A stretch of 64,000 bases of DNA from a virus (IMGVR_UViG_3300021399_000133:24988-88987), one strand, 5' to 3'; shown: positions 9,378 to 19,178, counted from the first letter of the stretch. Translations and numbers: made by a program. Notes: generated from the sequence alone by a model not told the origin.

Positions 9378-10615
9378 TTAAATTTAGACAAAAACAGTAT
9401 ACAATTCAAGAAGGTCATTATACTGGACCTAAAGATATTGATAAAGTCCCTGGCGCAGTAGAAGTAATAGCAAAGACGGCTGGGGCAGGAGCAGGCCTTG
9501 GAGCTGTTGTATCGACAGTTCTTAAAGATACCTCTATGATTGAAGGTGCATTGACAGGAGGTAAATGGGGAGCCGTTGGTGGTGTTCTTCTTAAGCTCTT
9601 TCTCAATTATCTTCACAACCCAATGACAAGAGTTAAGTATCAAGAGGTAGATAAAAACATTCGTCGATCTTTTGGTGTATTTCAAGTTTCTGGTGTAACA
9701 GTCGGTGATTCTATTTCAAAGAGAGCTAGTATTGATGAGAAGTTTAGTTTTAATGATAGGAACGTAACTTCCTATAAACTCAACTTTGCAGTGGCTGATG
9801 ATACTATTACTATGTACACTTTTGGAATGACTAATAAAGAGCTGGTGGATACTTCTAACATTCTTGATTACTATACTAAAAAATATTCAGGTATGAGTTA
9901 TTCATCTAAGTTGTTAAACCAGAAGATGAATTCTTATGCTGTTGATATAGTATTCACTAACTATCAGGTCATTTCTAATTTTATCCTGGAGTTGTCTGAA
10001 AAGTTGCTTACTAAGATTAATCTCCTCGACAACAAAGTAATAGTAACAAATCGCCTTGCATCAACTCTTCCCGCAGATTTAGAGGATGAAGAGAAGACAT
10101 TTTCAGAACCACAAGCCCTTAACAAATATGACTTGATGAAGGTTTTAGGTAAGGGAGGTGCTCAGGCTCTTGGAAACATTAAGCAGGGTTTCAATGCTTC
10201 TATGGGATTTGCTTTACTTGGTATGATTCAGGAGGGTCTTAAGAAGATTGGTATGGATGACCTAGTTAAATCAGGAATGCCAGCACCACGTGAAGCCTTT
10301 GGTAATTCATATCTTAAGGATGCTCTCAATAAACTTTACTATATTGAGGGAGTTCATTATACGATAGGTGACAAGACTGCTCCAGATAACATCTCTATGG
10401 TTAACGGTTTGTTTATTGTCACTATTCAGAAAGACGACAAGAAGAAAGTTGATGCAGTAGATAATAATTTCTATAAAGCTGCCCAAAGGAGTATCAAGAG
10501 GACGGATTCAGGAAAGGTTATTGTCTATACTTATTCAATTAGGTCCAGACAGGAGATGGAATTCTTGTTAAAGAAACTCATGTCAACTAAAATAACCTTT
10601 AATATATTTGAGTGA
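9374..10615 (+). CDS. Glycine-zipper plus alpha/beta-domain protein with FRQK leader; paralog of 3957..5579
   Basis: 413 aa; MIKFRQKQYT. Domain pattern M....EL.....LD.Y...Y....Y.S......Y.VD and L.K....EG..[FY]T are shared with 3957..5579. Confidence 0.75.
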   Translation: MIKFRQKQYTIQEGHYTGPKDIDKVPGAVEVIAKTAGAGAGLGAVVSTVLKDTSMIEGALTGGKWGAVGGVLLKLFLNYLHNPMTRVKYQEVDKNIRRSFGVFQVSGVTVGDSISKRASIDEKFSFNDRNVTSYKLNFAVADDTITMYTFGMTNKELVDTSNILDYYTKKYSGMSYSSKLLNQKMNSYAVDIVFTNYQVISNFILELSEKLLTKINLLDNKVIVTNRLASTLPADLEDEEKTFSEPQALNKYDLMKVLGKGGAQALGNIKQGFNASMGFALLGMIQEGLKKIGMDDLVKSGMPAPREAFGNSYLKDALNKLYYIEGVHYTIGDKTAPDNISMVNGLFIVTIQKDDKKKVDAVDNNFYKAAQRSIKRTDSGKVIVYTYSIRSRQEMEFLLKKLMSTKITFNIFE

Positions 10616-10616
10616 T

Positions 10617-10988
10617 ATGGTTATTCTACGGCAAAAAATTTATTCACAGAAAAAGACAGCAATGATCAGTCGAATTACAAACAAATTGGATAGAGAGAGA
10701 ATTGAGGATTATGATGTTTATGATTATGTTCCAAAAGATTCTATCTCAGTTACTGGTGATCTTGATAATTTTGCTATTTATCTACCCAGGGAATTTGAAT
10801 ATAGTCAGTATAGGATTGATGATAAGATTCGCTCCTTGGCACCACACATTAGAACAACTACTATTTCGGAGCGTGGTTTCTTTATTATGAAACTTTCCTC
10901 CAAGCTTACAGAAGATCAGCTATATAAATTAATTAAGTTTATTATAGCCGAAGAGGAATTCTGTGTTATAGTAGATATGGACGAATAA
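10617..10988 (+). CDS. Hypothetical alpha/beta protein with leader MVILRQKIYS
   Basis: Track ORF starts at TTG 10608; ATG 10617 gives the family leader. Confidence 0.75.
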   Translation: MVILRQKIYSQKKTAMISRITNKLDRERIEDYDVYDYVPKDSISVTGDLDNFAIYLPREFEYSQYRIDDKIRSLAPHIRTTTISERGFFIMKLSSKLTEDQLYKLIKFIIAEEEFCVIVDMDE

Positions 10989-11001
10989 ATAAGAAAACAG
11001 G

Positions 11002-11439
11002 ATGGCTTCAGAAAATATGATTGGTAGCGCCCTAGACAAAGCCAATAAACTCTATGCTATTGGAATGAAGGCGATCAAACTTCAGCTTAAATTGTTAGGG
11101 ACGGATTTTGTAGTGCTAAGACCTAAGGATAATTCAAAATGGAAAAATGTCTTTGGTGGCTCCTATTCATCTGACAGCACTCTTGAAAATGACTATGATC
11201 AGTTTACGACAAGACTCATAGTAAATCTAAATGATATGAGAGATGTATGGAATAGAAACCGGGATACCATTGATTCTTATACTCCTGATGGTTCTTTAAA
11301 GGTTGGTGATGAGTTACAATACACTAGAAATAAAAGAACTTATCGATTTAAGATCATCATGAAACAAGGCTTTTCAGAGGATGCCGATGTTCTCTATTCC
11401 TACACCTTATCTAGCATAATCGAAACTTTGGATGAATGA
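11002..11439 (+). CDS. Putative head-closure/neck protein (T4 gp14-like)
   Basis: 145 aa; LLGTDFVVLRP...VFGGSYSSD...LKVGDELQY pattern of head-closure beta-barrels. Inference. Confidence 0.5.
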   Translation: MASENMIGSALDKANKLYAIGMKAIKLQLKLLGTDFVVLRPKDNSKWKNVFGGSYSSDSTLENDYDQFTTRLIVNLNDMRDVWNRNRDTIDSYTPDGSLKVGDELQYTRNKRTYRFKIIMKQGFSEDADVLYSYTLSSIIETLDE

Positions 11440-14400
11440 TTCGTTTGTAAAAGGTTGTGAAGGATATACACGACCAGAAGAAATTGCTGCCCTATCCAAG
11501 TTTTTAGGTGAGGTTAAGGCAGTACAGGAAGACTATATTGAAAAGTTTGGACTGGATAATGAACCTGATCAAATGCTAGGAGAAAATCCAAATATCAAAC
11601 TAGACAATTATGGGTCTATCTATTCAGCAGATGGGATTAAACCAGAAATAGCACTAGGAGATAAGGTAGATAAAAACAGTCAGGGAATAAAACCAGAACC
11701 AAGTCTAAGTCAAAGTCGTCTAGACATTAACCCTAACCCTACAGAACCTACTAGCCTATCTGATTATCTTGAACTTTTGGAAGGAGCAGAGGAAAACAAT
11801 CAACTCTCTAATACTAAAGTTAAAATTCCCGGTACCAGAGAAGATATTGGTTTAGATAATACAAGGATTAATCTCTCTGACATAAAGGAGGTTGATCTGG
11901 ATAATACTAGGGTTAACCTCACGGATACAAGAGATGCTAATCTGGATGACACTAGAATTAATCTCACCAATATAAAAGATGTTGATCTAGATAATACAAG
12001 GGTTAATCTCTCTGACATAAAGGACGTTAATCTGGATAATACTAGGGTTGATATTGATGGTTATAAAGATATTTCCCTCTCTGATACTAGATTAGGTCTC
12101 GGTGGTGTTAGAACGGATGCTGAATTATCGAACGAAGTGTCAAAGCTCCCAGATAATTTTGTAACTCCTTCAAGTCCAAGTGAAGATAAACCAGATATAC
12201 CAGGGGAGATTAATAATGATAATAAATTAGATATACCAGGTGAAATTAATGATGTTCCACTAAGTGATTATCTAGAGGCATTAAATCCAGATAAAGATAT
12301 AGCACTTCCTGATGTAAAGATTGAGTTAAAAGATGATACTAAAACAAATCTTGATAATACTAGGATTGAGCTTAATGTTGCTGATTTTAACGAGCTCTCT
12401 GAAACTAGACTTGATTTAACAGTACCAGAGACAGAGAAGCTTAGTGATCACATCGAGAGCCTGCGTGTTGAATCTACGGCCGAATTAGGAACGACGTTAT
12501 TAGGGGTACCGGGAGAAACAAAAGATCAGGTACTAGGGGATTACGTCGAGAAATTACGGCCGGAAGATAACACTGAACTTTCCGATGTAACTATTCCATT
12601 ACATATCAACGAAAATAACGAGCTCTCAGATAAAATTATTAACCTCAATCCACCTAAAACAGAGTTAAACCTAGATGAAACGAGAATTAATATTAAAGAT
12701 GATAAAGAAAATAAACTCTCAGAAACTAGGATTGGTCTTGAGGTCGCAGAAGATACCGAACTCTCTCAAACACGTCTAGATTTACATGACACTTCTAACG
12801 TAAAAGAGCTTAGTGATCACATCGAGAGCCTAAGAAACGTAGATGACAAGGATGAATTAAGCCAGACAGTAATAGGATTAGACGTTGAAGAAAACATAAG
12901 CCTCTCTGATACTATCCTACATAAACCGGGGGAAGAACAAGAAAACAAACTTCCCGAAACTAGGATTGACTTAGATGAAGTTCCAGAGGTTGAATTAGGA
13001 GATCACATTGAAGAGCTGAAGGGTGGAGAATTTCAAGAACCTAAGCTGGAGGAAAAGGTTGAGAAGTTAAATGGAATTCCCGATAATAAACTAGGTGAAG
13101 ATAAATTAAATATACCAGGCGAGATAAAAGAAGTAGACCTAAATGATATAAAGCTCAACATTACACCAAAGGAAGTAGAACTCTCAAATGTTAGGCTCGA
13201 TATATCACCGGCCTCTATTGAATCTCTTCCTGATACTAGATTAGATATTACGCCGGAAGAAGTCACGAGCCTAAATTCCACGAGAGTAGAGTTAGGTGGT
13301 GAATTACCTAGCCCAGAATTATCAGAAGTAGTTTTGGGTATTGATGGAACTCTGCCGGAAAATAAGTTAGAGGATAAGGTATTAAATATTTCGCCAGAGG
13401 GTGTAAATTCTCTTCCCGATACTAGGCTTGATATTACACCTAAAGAAGTAGAACTAGATCAAACAAGACTAGATATTTCGCCAGAGGAGGTTGAATTGCC
13501 TGACGTAAGACTCGACATTACACCAAAGGACGTAGAACTCCAAGATGTAAGACTAGATATTACGCCGAAAGAGGTAGAACTTCCGAATGTTAGGCTTGAT
13601 ATTTCACCAGAGGATGTAAATACCTTGCCGAATACTAGACTTGATATTGCTCCGAAGGATGTAGAATTAGACCAAGCTAGACTACAACTGAATCCTTCTC
13701 CCAGTGATGTTGAATTACCAGAAGCAGTCCTAGGTATCGAAACAGAGGATATTCCATTAAGTGACACTATTCTTGAACTCTCGCCTGATAAGAACGATTC
13801 GACAAGAAAGACAGACACAGAGCTTAATGATAGAAAAATCGAACATGAATTACCAGGAACATTACGAGAGGAGGAGCTAGAGAATTATGTAGATCCCCGG
13901 CCGAGTTCATTTCAAGAAGATGATTCAGAGAAGGTATTTAATGAAAGAAAGGTTAAGTATAATATTCCTGAGGAGATCAAAGAGCCAAGTCTTACTACCT
14001 ATATTGATGAACTTGCAAGGGATTCAAATAGTTCTGAGGCAAAAACAGATGAAACATTTGAAGATAGACGCATTCTCTCAGTACCAGGAACATTACGAGA
14101 GGAGGAGCTAGAGAATTATGTAGATCCCCGGCCAATTGATCCTGACCCTAACCACAACATTGAATCCTTAGAAGACTCAATTCTACAACAACCTGAGAAT
14201 ACAAATGAGGAAGTTGAGGAGCTTAATGATGTAATCTTAGAGAGGCCAAGAGAGGAAGGAGAAAGAAATTTTGAACAAGAATCGGAGAGTAGATTTAATA
14301 ATAATTCTGCTGTTCTTCTCCATGCTGATGAAAACGATAATGTTGCTCGGGCGAAGTTGATGGTTCTTGATAGTCTGAATAATACAAGTGATGATGAGTT

Positions 14401-16003
14401 ATTTAATACTGTCATTGGCTTAACTTATCAGACAGACGGAAGTAGAAGCGATTTTGACAAGAAAATAGGAGGATTGATTACATCTTATCTTAGCTCACCA
14501 ATTTTAAGTGAAGATAGAAGTATTGAATTCCAAGATCGATTCGCTAAAGCATTCAATCTCCCCGACTATGTAAACTCTAATGGTCGAAATTGGATTAGAG
14601 ACACAGCAGAGAAAGCTAAAAAACTTGGTTCAAGCCCTCAAAGTAGACGTGAACTCCTTGAAACTACTCTATGGCTCTTATTATCAGCTAGAGATGCAGC
14701 AACGGAAATAATGGGTGTATCTAAATCATCATTACCAGGCGGAGCATCTCAGGCTATGGTAAATGCATCACAAGCTTTACTAGGAGAAAAGACCGTTGGA
14801 GAAGCTATTGGTAGTTCTCTTAAGAGTGCTGCTACTAGTGCTTTAAAGACAGGGGTTAGTTCTTTACTTGGTGGAAGTCCTAGTCACCCTAATCCTCAAA
14901 ACTATCCAGAAGTTCAAAGAATCGGTGGTGTAATATCGACAGGAATTATTGAAACGAAGGGATGGGAAAACGGTAACATGAGACCTTTTTCACCTGGCGA
15001 AGGAATGGGTGGGGGGTTTATGAATGCTCTTAAGTCGGTAGGTCAACAGCTTCTAAAAAGTGTAGCTGGCGATCTTTTAACTAGTAGACCTTATAAATTC
15101 AAAAAACATTACCTTAGCTCTAGCGGAATCAAGAAAACGCTTAAGGATCTCTGTTTTAACTATAATCCCGGGTCAGTAGAAGAGTTGCAGGAATGTCTTA
15201 GACTTAGCCCTTATATTACTACTCCTACTAAATTTGGATCTGTCAAAGACAAATATAGTGCAATGACTCTCGACTCTAATGCTTATTGGGAAGTAGTCTT
15301 AGAGCCTTTCGTTAATAATAAAATGAATGGTGGATTTAGTTACCTCCCATCGATTCAAGAGTTTAATAAGAAAAATATAGAGGAGCACGGAGTTAATACT
15401 GGCTATGATATTTGGATTCCTATTAATGGCTTTGACTTACAGAAATCTAAGACTATCTCCAAAACACTTGATCTCTACGACGGTGAAATATCCTATCCTG
15501 TATCATCAGAATTAAATAATGAGCTTAAATTGACGATAGTAGATGACCAATATAAAACCTGGAAAAGATACTTTGAAACCTGTGCACAAGTGGCAGTATA
15601 TAATTCAACTCCACATCAGATTGGTTATTATAGCTCTACAGGACTTATGATAGAAACTACTAACGTCGATAAAACTAATATATGTGTTGCTCTTTATAAA
15701 AACGTTACCTTTAGATGCAGAATTTATATCATGACACCACAGTTTTCAACAGTTAGATACTATGATCTCCTAGTTGTTCTTAAGGATTATGCTGAGGAAT
15801 ATTCAGGAGAGGTTGATTCGGGTGGGACTGATTTAAATGTTAACTTCTCTATTGTTGGTCAAAATCCAGTTAGTAATGCTGTCAGTGTTTCAAATAAGCA
15901 GAACAAAAAAATTGGATTTGTAGCAAACATGGCAGAATATAAGGTGAAGAAGGTAACAAGTGCAATACAAAAGAAAGCAACTACTCTCATTAGCATCTTA
16001 TAA
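11432..16003 (+). CDS. Large acidic repeat protein with C-terminal tail-tube-like (gp54/gp48-type) domain
   Basis: 1523 aa. About 900 aa of acidic 14-15-aa repeats; C-terminus (YWEVVLEP...ELKLTIVDDQYKTWKRYFE...DLNVNFSIVG) parallels the tube protein pattern at 18524..19111. Confidence 0.6.
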   Translation: MNDSFVKGCEGYTRPEEIAALSKFLGEVKAVQEDYIEKFGLDNEPDQMLGENPNIKLDNYGSIYSADGIKPEIALGDKVDKNSQGIKPEPSLSQSRLDINPNPTEPTSLSDYLELLEGAEENNQLSNTKVKIPGTREDIGLDNTRINLSDIKEVDLDNTRVNLTDTRDANLDDTRINLTNIKDVDLDNTRVNLSDIKDVNLDNTRVDIDGYKDISLSDTRLGLGGVRTDAELSNEVSKLPDNFVTPSSPSEDKPDIPGEINNDNKLDIPGEINDVPLSDYLEALNPDKDIALPDVKIELKDDTKTNLDNTRIELNVADFNELSETRLDLTVPETEKLSDHIESLRVESTAELGTTLLGVPGETKDQVLGDYVEKLRPEDNTELSDVTIPLHINENNELSDKIINLNPPKTELNLDETRINIKDDKENKLSETRIGLEVAEDTELSQTRLDLHDTSNVKELSDHIESLRNVDDKDELSQTVIGLDVEENISLSDTILHKPGEEQENKLPETRIDLDEVPEVELGDHIEELKGGEFQEPKLEEKVEKLNGIPDNKLGEDKLNIPGEIKEVDLNDIKLNITPKEVELSNVRLDISPASIESLPDTRLDITPEEVTSLNSTRVELGGELPSPELSEVVLGIDGTLPENKLEDKVLNISPEGVNSLPDTRLDITPKEVELDQTRLDISPEEVELPDVRLDITPKDVELQDVRLDITPKEVELPNVRLDISPEDVNTLPNTRLDIAPKDVELDQARLQLNPSPSDVELPEAVLGIETEDIPLSDTILELSPDKNDSTRKTDTELNDRKIEHELPGTLREEELENYVDPRPSSFQEDDSEKVFNERKVKYNIPEEIKEPSLTTYIDELARDSNSSEAKTDETFEDRRILSVPGTLREEELENYVDPRPIDPDPNHNIESLEDSILQQPENTNEEVEELNDVILERPREEGERNFEQESESRFNNNSAVLLHADENDNVARAKLMVLDSLNNTSDDELFNTVIGLTYQTDGSRSDFDKKIGGLITSYLSSPILSEDRSIEFQDRFAKAFNLPDYVNSNGRNWIRDTAEKAKKLGSSPQSRRELLETTLWLLLSARDAATEIMGVSKSSLPGGASQAMVNASQALLGEKTVGEAIGSSLKSAATSALKTGVSSLLGGSPSHPNPQNYPEVQRIGGVISTGIIETKGWENGNMRPFSPGEGMGGGFMNALKSVGQQLLKSVAGDLLTSRPYKFKKHYLSSSGIKKTLKDLCFNYNPGSVEELQECLRLSPYITTPTKFGSVKDKYSAMTLDSNAYWEVVLEPFVNNKMNGGFSYLPSIQEFNKKNIEEHGVNTGYDIWIPINGFDLQKSKTISKTLDLYDGEISYPVSSELNNELKLTIVDDQYKTWKRYFETCAQVAVYNSTPHQIGYYSSTGLMIETTNVDKTNICVALYKNVTFRCRIYIMTPQFSTVRYYDLLVVLKDYAEEYSGEVDSGGTDLNVNFSIVGQNPVSNAVSVSNKQNKKIGFVANMAEYKVKKVTSAIQKKATTLISIL
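11848..12090 (+). repeat. Tandem 45-nt (15-aa) coding repeats, DNTR[IV]NLxDxK[DE]V[DN]L
   Basis: About five imperfect units visible in protein and DNA (gataatac(t/a)agg...). Confidence 0.85.
13135..13690 (+). repeat. Tandem 42-45-nt (14-15-aa) coding repeats, LP[DN][TV]RLDI[ST]P[KE][ED]VE
   Basis: About a dozen imperfect units in the translation. Confidence 0.85.
13851..14133 (+). repeat. Perfect 52-bp direct repeat (13851-13902 and 14082-14133)
   Basis: TACCAGGAACATTACGAGAGGAGGAGCTAGAGAATTATGTAGATCCCCGGCC occurs twice, encoding PGTLREEELENYVDPRP. Confidence 0.95.
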
Positions 16004-16005
16004 CA

Positions 16006-18540
16006 ATGTACATAAAACTAGGAAACACAGCCATAAACTATTCATCTACTAACATTGATGATTTCATGATACTCTCAGAGGTAGTAGATTCTGGTTTATC
16101 TTATGAGAGTCCTACTATAGTCAGAGATGTTAATGAATTGGATATTTGGTTTGGACAAGATATAAAGGATCGAGACTTTCTAATTGAACTATTACAAAGA
16201 GGAATATCACTTTATCTCTACAAGCCAATATCAACAGTAGATAACTCAAAACTAGAAGATCAAATCAACAAAGACGATTATATAGCAATTGATCCTAGAG
16301 AGTTTGGTTATGAAAATGCATCTCTCTTAATGTTAGATAATATCACCAAATTCAAAACCACGTCAAACTTAAAATATCGTGGAAAGGATAATAATGGTCT
16401 TTATGTTGCAACTGATCCGAGAACTGGTGAACTTACAAATTTCTCTTATTACTTGTGGACTGGAATAGACTTTGAGAAACAAGCCTCTGATCCAGGAGAA
16501 ACGTTTAGTGAATTTGATTTAGGTGGACCAATCCCTATATTCAACTTTAACTCAGAAACGCAAAAACAAGCACTGATCTATATTAAAGAACAAGAGAATA
16601 TAAAAGTTAGCACCATAAATGATGATGGAACTGAGTGGTATTATTGGGTGTATGGAGAATTTGTGCCAGAATCTAATCTTACTCAGTCCATGGTAAATAC
16701 GAGTGACTCATTAAACCTCCGCTCGACTATTCTTATTTCTCCTCCTCCTCTTCCCAGTGATGATTATGATGATGCTATATCTTATCCGGACTATCTAACG
16801 GGAATGGATGAGCTTGGTATTTACAACAAAGAAGGAAAGAAATGGTTAGAGTTTTCAGTGGATCGGGAGTTTCCATACGATCTTGAGAAGCTGAATAAGG
16901 GGTATCAATCTTTCGTATTTACATTAAACTTAGGGGACTTGAAAGAATGGCCCGAGGATAAATATTTAATTATTCCTTTTCCAGATACTTACAAAGGATT
17001 ATGTTTCTATAATGGAAGTATACCAAAGGAAGCCGCAGGTCATTTTCAAGCTTCCCATAATGTCGCTTCTTCTCCATTAATCTATTATTGGAAAGTTATA
17101 TCACAAATACCAGAGGGAAAAGATTGGACAGAATATGAGGAATTTCCAGGCCCTTCTCAAAATAATGTAGGCTCTTATATTAGAGTTGAGGAAGAATTTT
17201 ATGTCTGTACCAAAACTAAAGACTATAAAGAAGGCATTAAAGAAGGGCTAAGAGAGAATCATTTTCATTTTAACGAAGATTTAACGGGGATATGTAAGAA
17301 TAGTGAAACCGAGACCAATCTACTAAAGTTATTCCCTATTACTAATTTTACCAATATTGATGAAATAAGTCTTATACCAGATCATGCCGCTAATAATGCT
17401 CTCTTGTTTAATACTATGAAGGAAAATAAAGGCATAGAGTTTTGGAGTAAGACAATTGGTTCCGTTAATGAGTTTGATTCCTCCGGTATAATAACAGTAA
17501 CAATAGAACTAATCGAAGGGTATAGATATCGAGTTAAATTACAGAGGTATTCTTATTCAGAGGTATTTGAAGGTACTACCACTAACAAATACGGAGAAGA
17601 AAGGTTGGATTATAAAATTTCAAGAGAATCTAAGCTTTGTCGGTGTACTATCTATAATGAAAATCTTAGACCAGGCACCTATAAGCTATCTAATCCTGTT
17701 GTTGAAACTTATGATAGGGGAATGTGGCAAAGAGCTTTATCCACTATGTTTGTTGAGGATAGGATAGAAGGAGTTTGTCCAGATTATTTTATGGTTTCGG
17801 ATATTGATAAGTACTATGACACCAATTCACAGAGAGAGAAAGAAGATGAATCAGAATATAGTATCTATGAAACTTTTCTGAAATATGCAAAGGAGTCAAC
17901 TTGTCAATTCTTAATCCAGAATAATGATAGGGTAGCTTTTGAAAATGATTATCTTTACAACAAAGTAGATACAGATAAATATAACTATCTTGTCTATTTT
18001 TATAAAGATATGTCAGTAAAGTATAGCCCAAGACCTGGATATTACGCTTTCCTGATTGGTCTATTCGATAATCGATACGAAGTTTCAACAAATACTATTC
18101 TATATGATTGTCCTACCAAAAATCCATATGAAGTAGAGGACATAGAAGAAACCCTAATCAAGTATCGAAGTAATTATCTTGTTTGTGATAATAAGAACTA
18201 CTATTATAAACAATATCTGAACGGTAAGGATTATTCGATGACTCTTTGGATGAGATTTGTGGCGGGAAAAATCTATAGAGAACTTGAGAAGAATAAATAC
18301 CAGTATATAGGCACTAAGTTTATGGGAGAAATGCAGGAGACTGTTGAAAATCTTATAAATCGGATAACAACGTCTTTTGGAATCGTTAACAGAATAGAAG
18401 TAACAGATTTTGATAAAGACGAAGCCAATAACACACTAAACATTTCACTTGATGTTGGTGTAAATGATCTGGTAAATAATAATCTCAAATTGGACATAAC
18501 TATTAATTACACTGATTACTCATATGGCAGCAGTTCGTGA
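16006..18540 (+). CDS. Tail sheath-like protein (paralog 2)
   Basis: 844 aa. N-terminal PTIVRDVNELDIWFG; C-terminal RFVAGKIYRELEK...IEVTDFDKDEANNTLNISLDVGV...LDITINY; directly precedes the tube gene. Confidence 0.7.
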   Translation: MYIKLGNTAINYSSTNIDDFMILSEVVDSGLSYESPTIVRDVNELDIWFGQDIKDRDFLIELLQRGISLYLYKPISTVDNSKLEDQINKDDYIAIDPREFGYENASLLMLDNITKFKTTSNLKYRGKDNNGLYVATDPRTGELTNFSYYLWTGIDFEKQASDPGETFSEFDLGGPIPIFNFNSETQKQALIYIKEQENIKVSTINDDGTEWYYWVYGEFVPESNLTQSMVNTSDSLNLRSTILISPPPLPSDDYDDAISYPDYLTGMDELGIYNKEGKKWLEFSVDREFPYDLEKLNKGYQSFVFTLNLGDLKEWPEDKYLIIPFPDTYKGLCFYNGSIPKEAAGHFQASHNVASSPLIYYWKVISQIPEGKDWTEYEEFPGPSQNNVGSYIRVEEEFYVCTKTKDYKEGIKEGLRENHFHFNEDLTGICKNSETETNLLKLFPITNFTNIDEISLIPDHAANNALLFNTMKENKGIEFWSKTIGSVNEFDSSGIITVTIELIEGYRYRVKLQRYSYSEVFEGTTTNKYGEERLDYKISRESKLCRCTIYNENLRPGTYKLSNPVVETYDRGMWQRALSTMFVEDRIEGVCPDYFMVSDIDKYYDTNSQREKEDESEYSIYETFLKYAKESTCQFLIQNNDRVAFENDYLYNKVDTDKYNYLVYFYKDMSVKYSPRPGYYAFLIGLFDNRYEVSTNTILYDCPTKNPYEVEDIEETLIKYRSNYLVCDNKNYYYKQYLNGKDYSMTLWMRFVAGKIYRELEKNKYQYIGTKFMGEMQETVENLINRITTSFGIVNRIEVTDFDKDEANNTLNISLDVGVNDLVNNNLKLDITINYTDYSYGSSS

Positions 18541-19111
18541 TCTTGTTCGCTCGGCAGGTGGTTATATGGACTTTGTTGACTATATCGGCTATGTACGTGA
18601 TGACAACAAAGAGTTCCTGAGAGGTGATATGTGGGAGTTTTCATTTATCAACCCTCCCAGAATTGTTTACTATCCCGGCGATATTATCTTTAAGACCCGA
18701 CTCACTAATGTTAATATTTCTGTTAACACTAGTACTAATGGTTTTGAGAAGAGAATGCGTGGCAACTATACTCTCTATCAGAAGACGGGTCAGCTTACAA
18801 ACGGCCAACTTGCTCTGACCTTCACTGATAAGGAGGATCAAGCTATTTCTTACTTCACTGATGATTGGAGACAGAAAATTGCCGATCGTGATACTAAGTA
18901 CTCATTTAGAAAGGATGACTTGGTAGCTGATTGCGAGATGTACTATACTAACTCTTCTCGTAAAGCAGTTCGCCACCTTACTTTCTTCAACTGTATTATT
19001 GATGATGCACCACTGGATCTTAATGGTGTAGCTGAAGATGGTACAGACCGCGCAGATGTTCAACTTTCTATGAGCTTTGAACATTACGACGTTGAGTGGC
19101 TTAATGTCTAA
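18524..19111 (+). CDS. Tail tube protein (T4 gp19-like)
   Basis: 195 aa; RGDMWEFSF...GQLALTFTDKEDQAISYFTDDW...FFNCI...VQLSMSFEHY; high-expression codon bias; followed by a terminator. Confidence 0.85.
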   Translation: MAAVRDLVRSAGGYMDFVDYIGYVRDDNKEFLRGDMWEFSFINPPRIVYYPGDIIFKTRLTNVNISVNTSTNGFEKRMRGNYTLYQKTGQLTNGQLALTFTDKEDQAISYFTDDWRQKIADRDTKYSFRKDDLVADCEMYYTNSSRKAVRHLTFFNCIIDDAPLDLNGVAEDGTDRADVQLSMSFEHYDVEWLNV

Positions 19112-19118
19112 ATAAAAT

Positions 19119-19178
19119 AGGGAAGGATAGAAGACTTTGATAATAAATTCAGGGTTAACTGTCCTTCCCTCCTTTTTT
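19119..19178 (+). terminator. Intrinsic terminator after the tube gene
   Basis: AGGGAAGGATAG pairs with CTGTCCTTCCCT (19159-19170), followed by CCTTTTTT. Confidence 0.75.

Noticed and set aside
11848-13690. Tandem repeats as CRISPR or non-coding satellite
   Set aside because: They are in-frame, degenerate at synonymous positions and lie inside a 1523-aa ORF.
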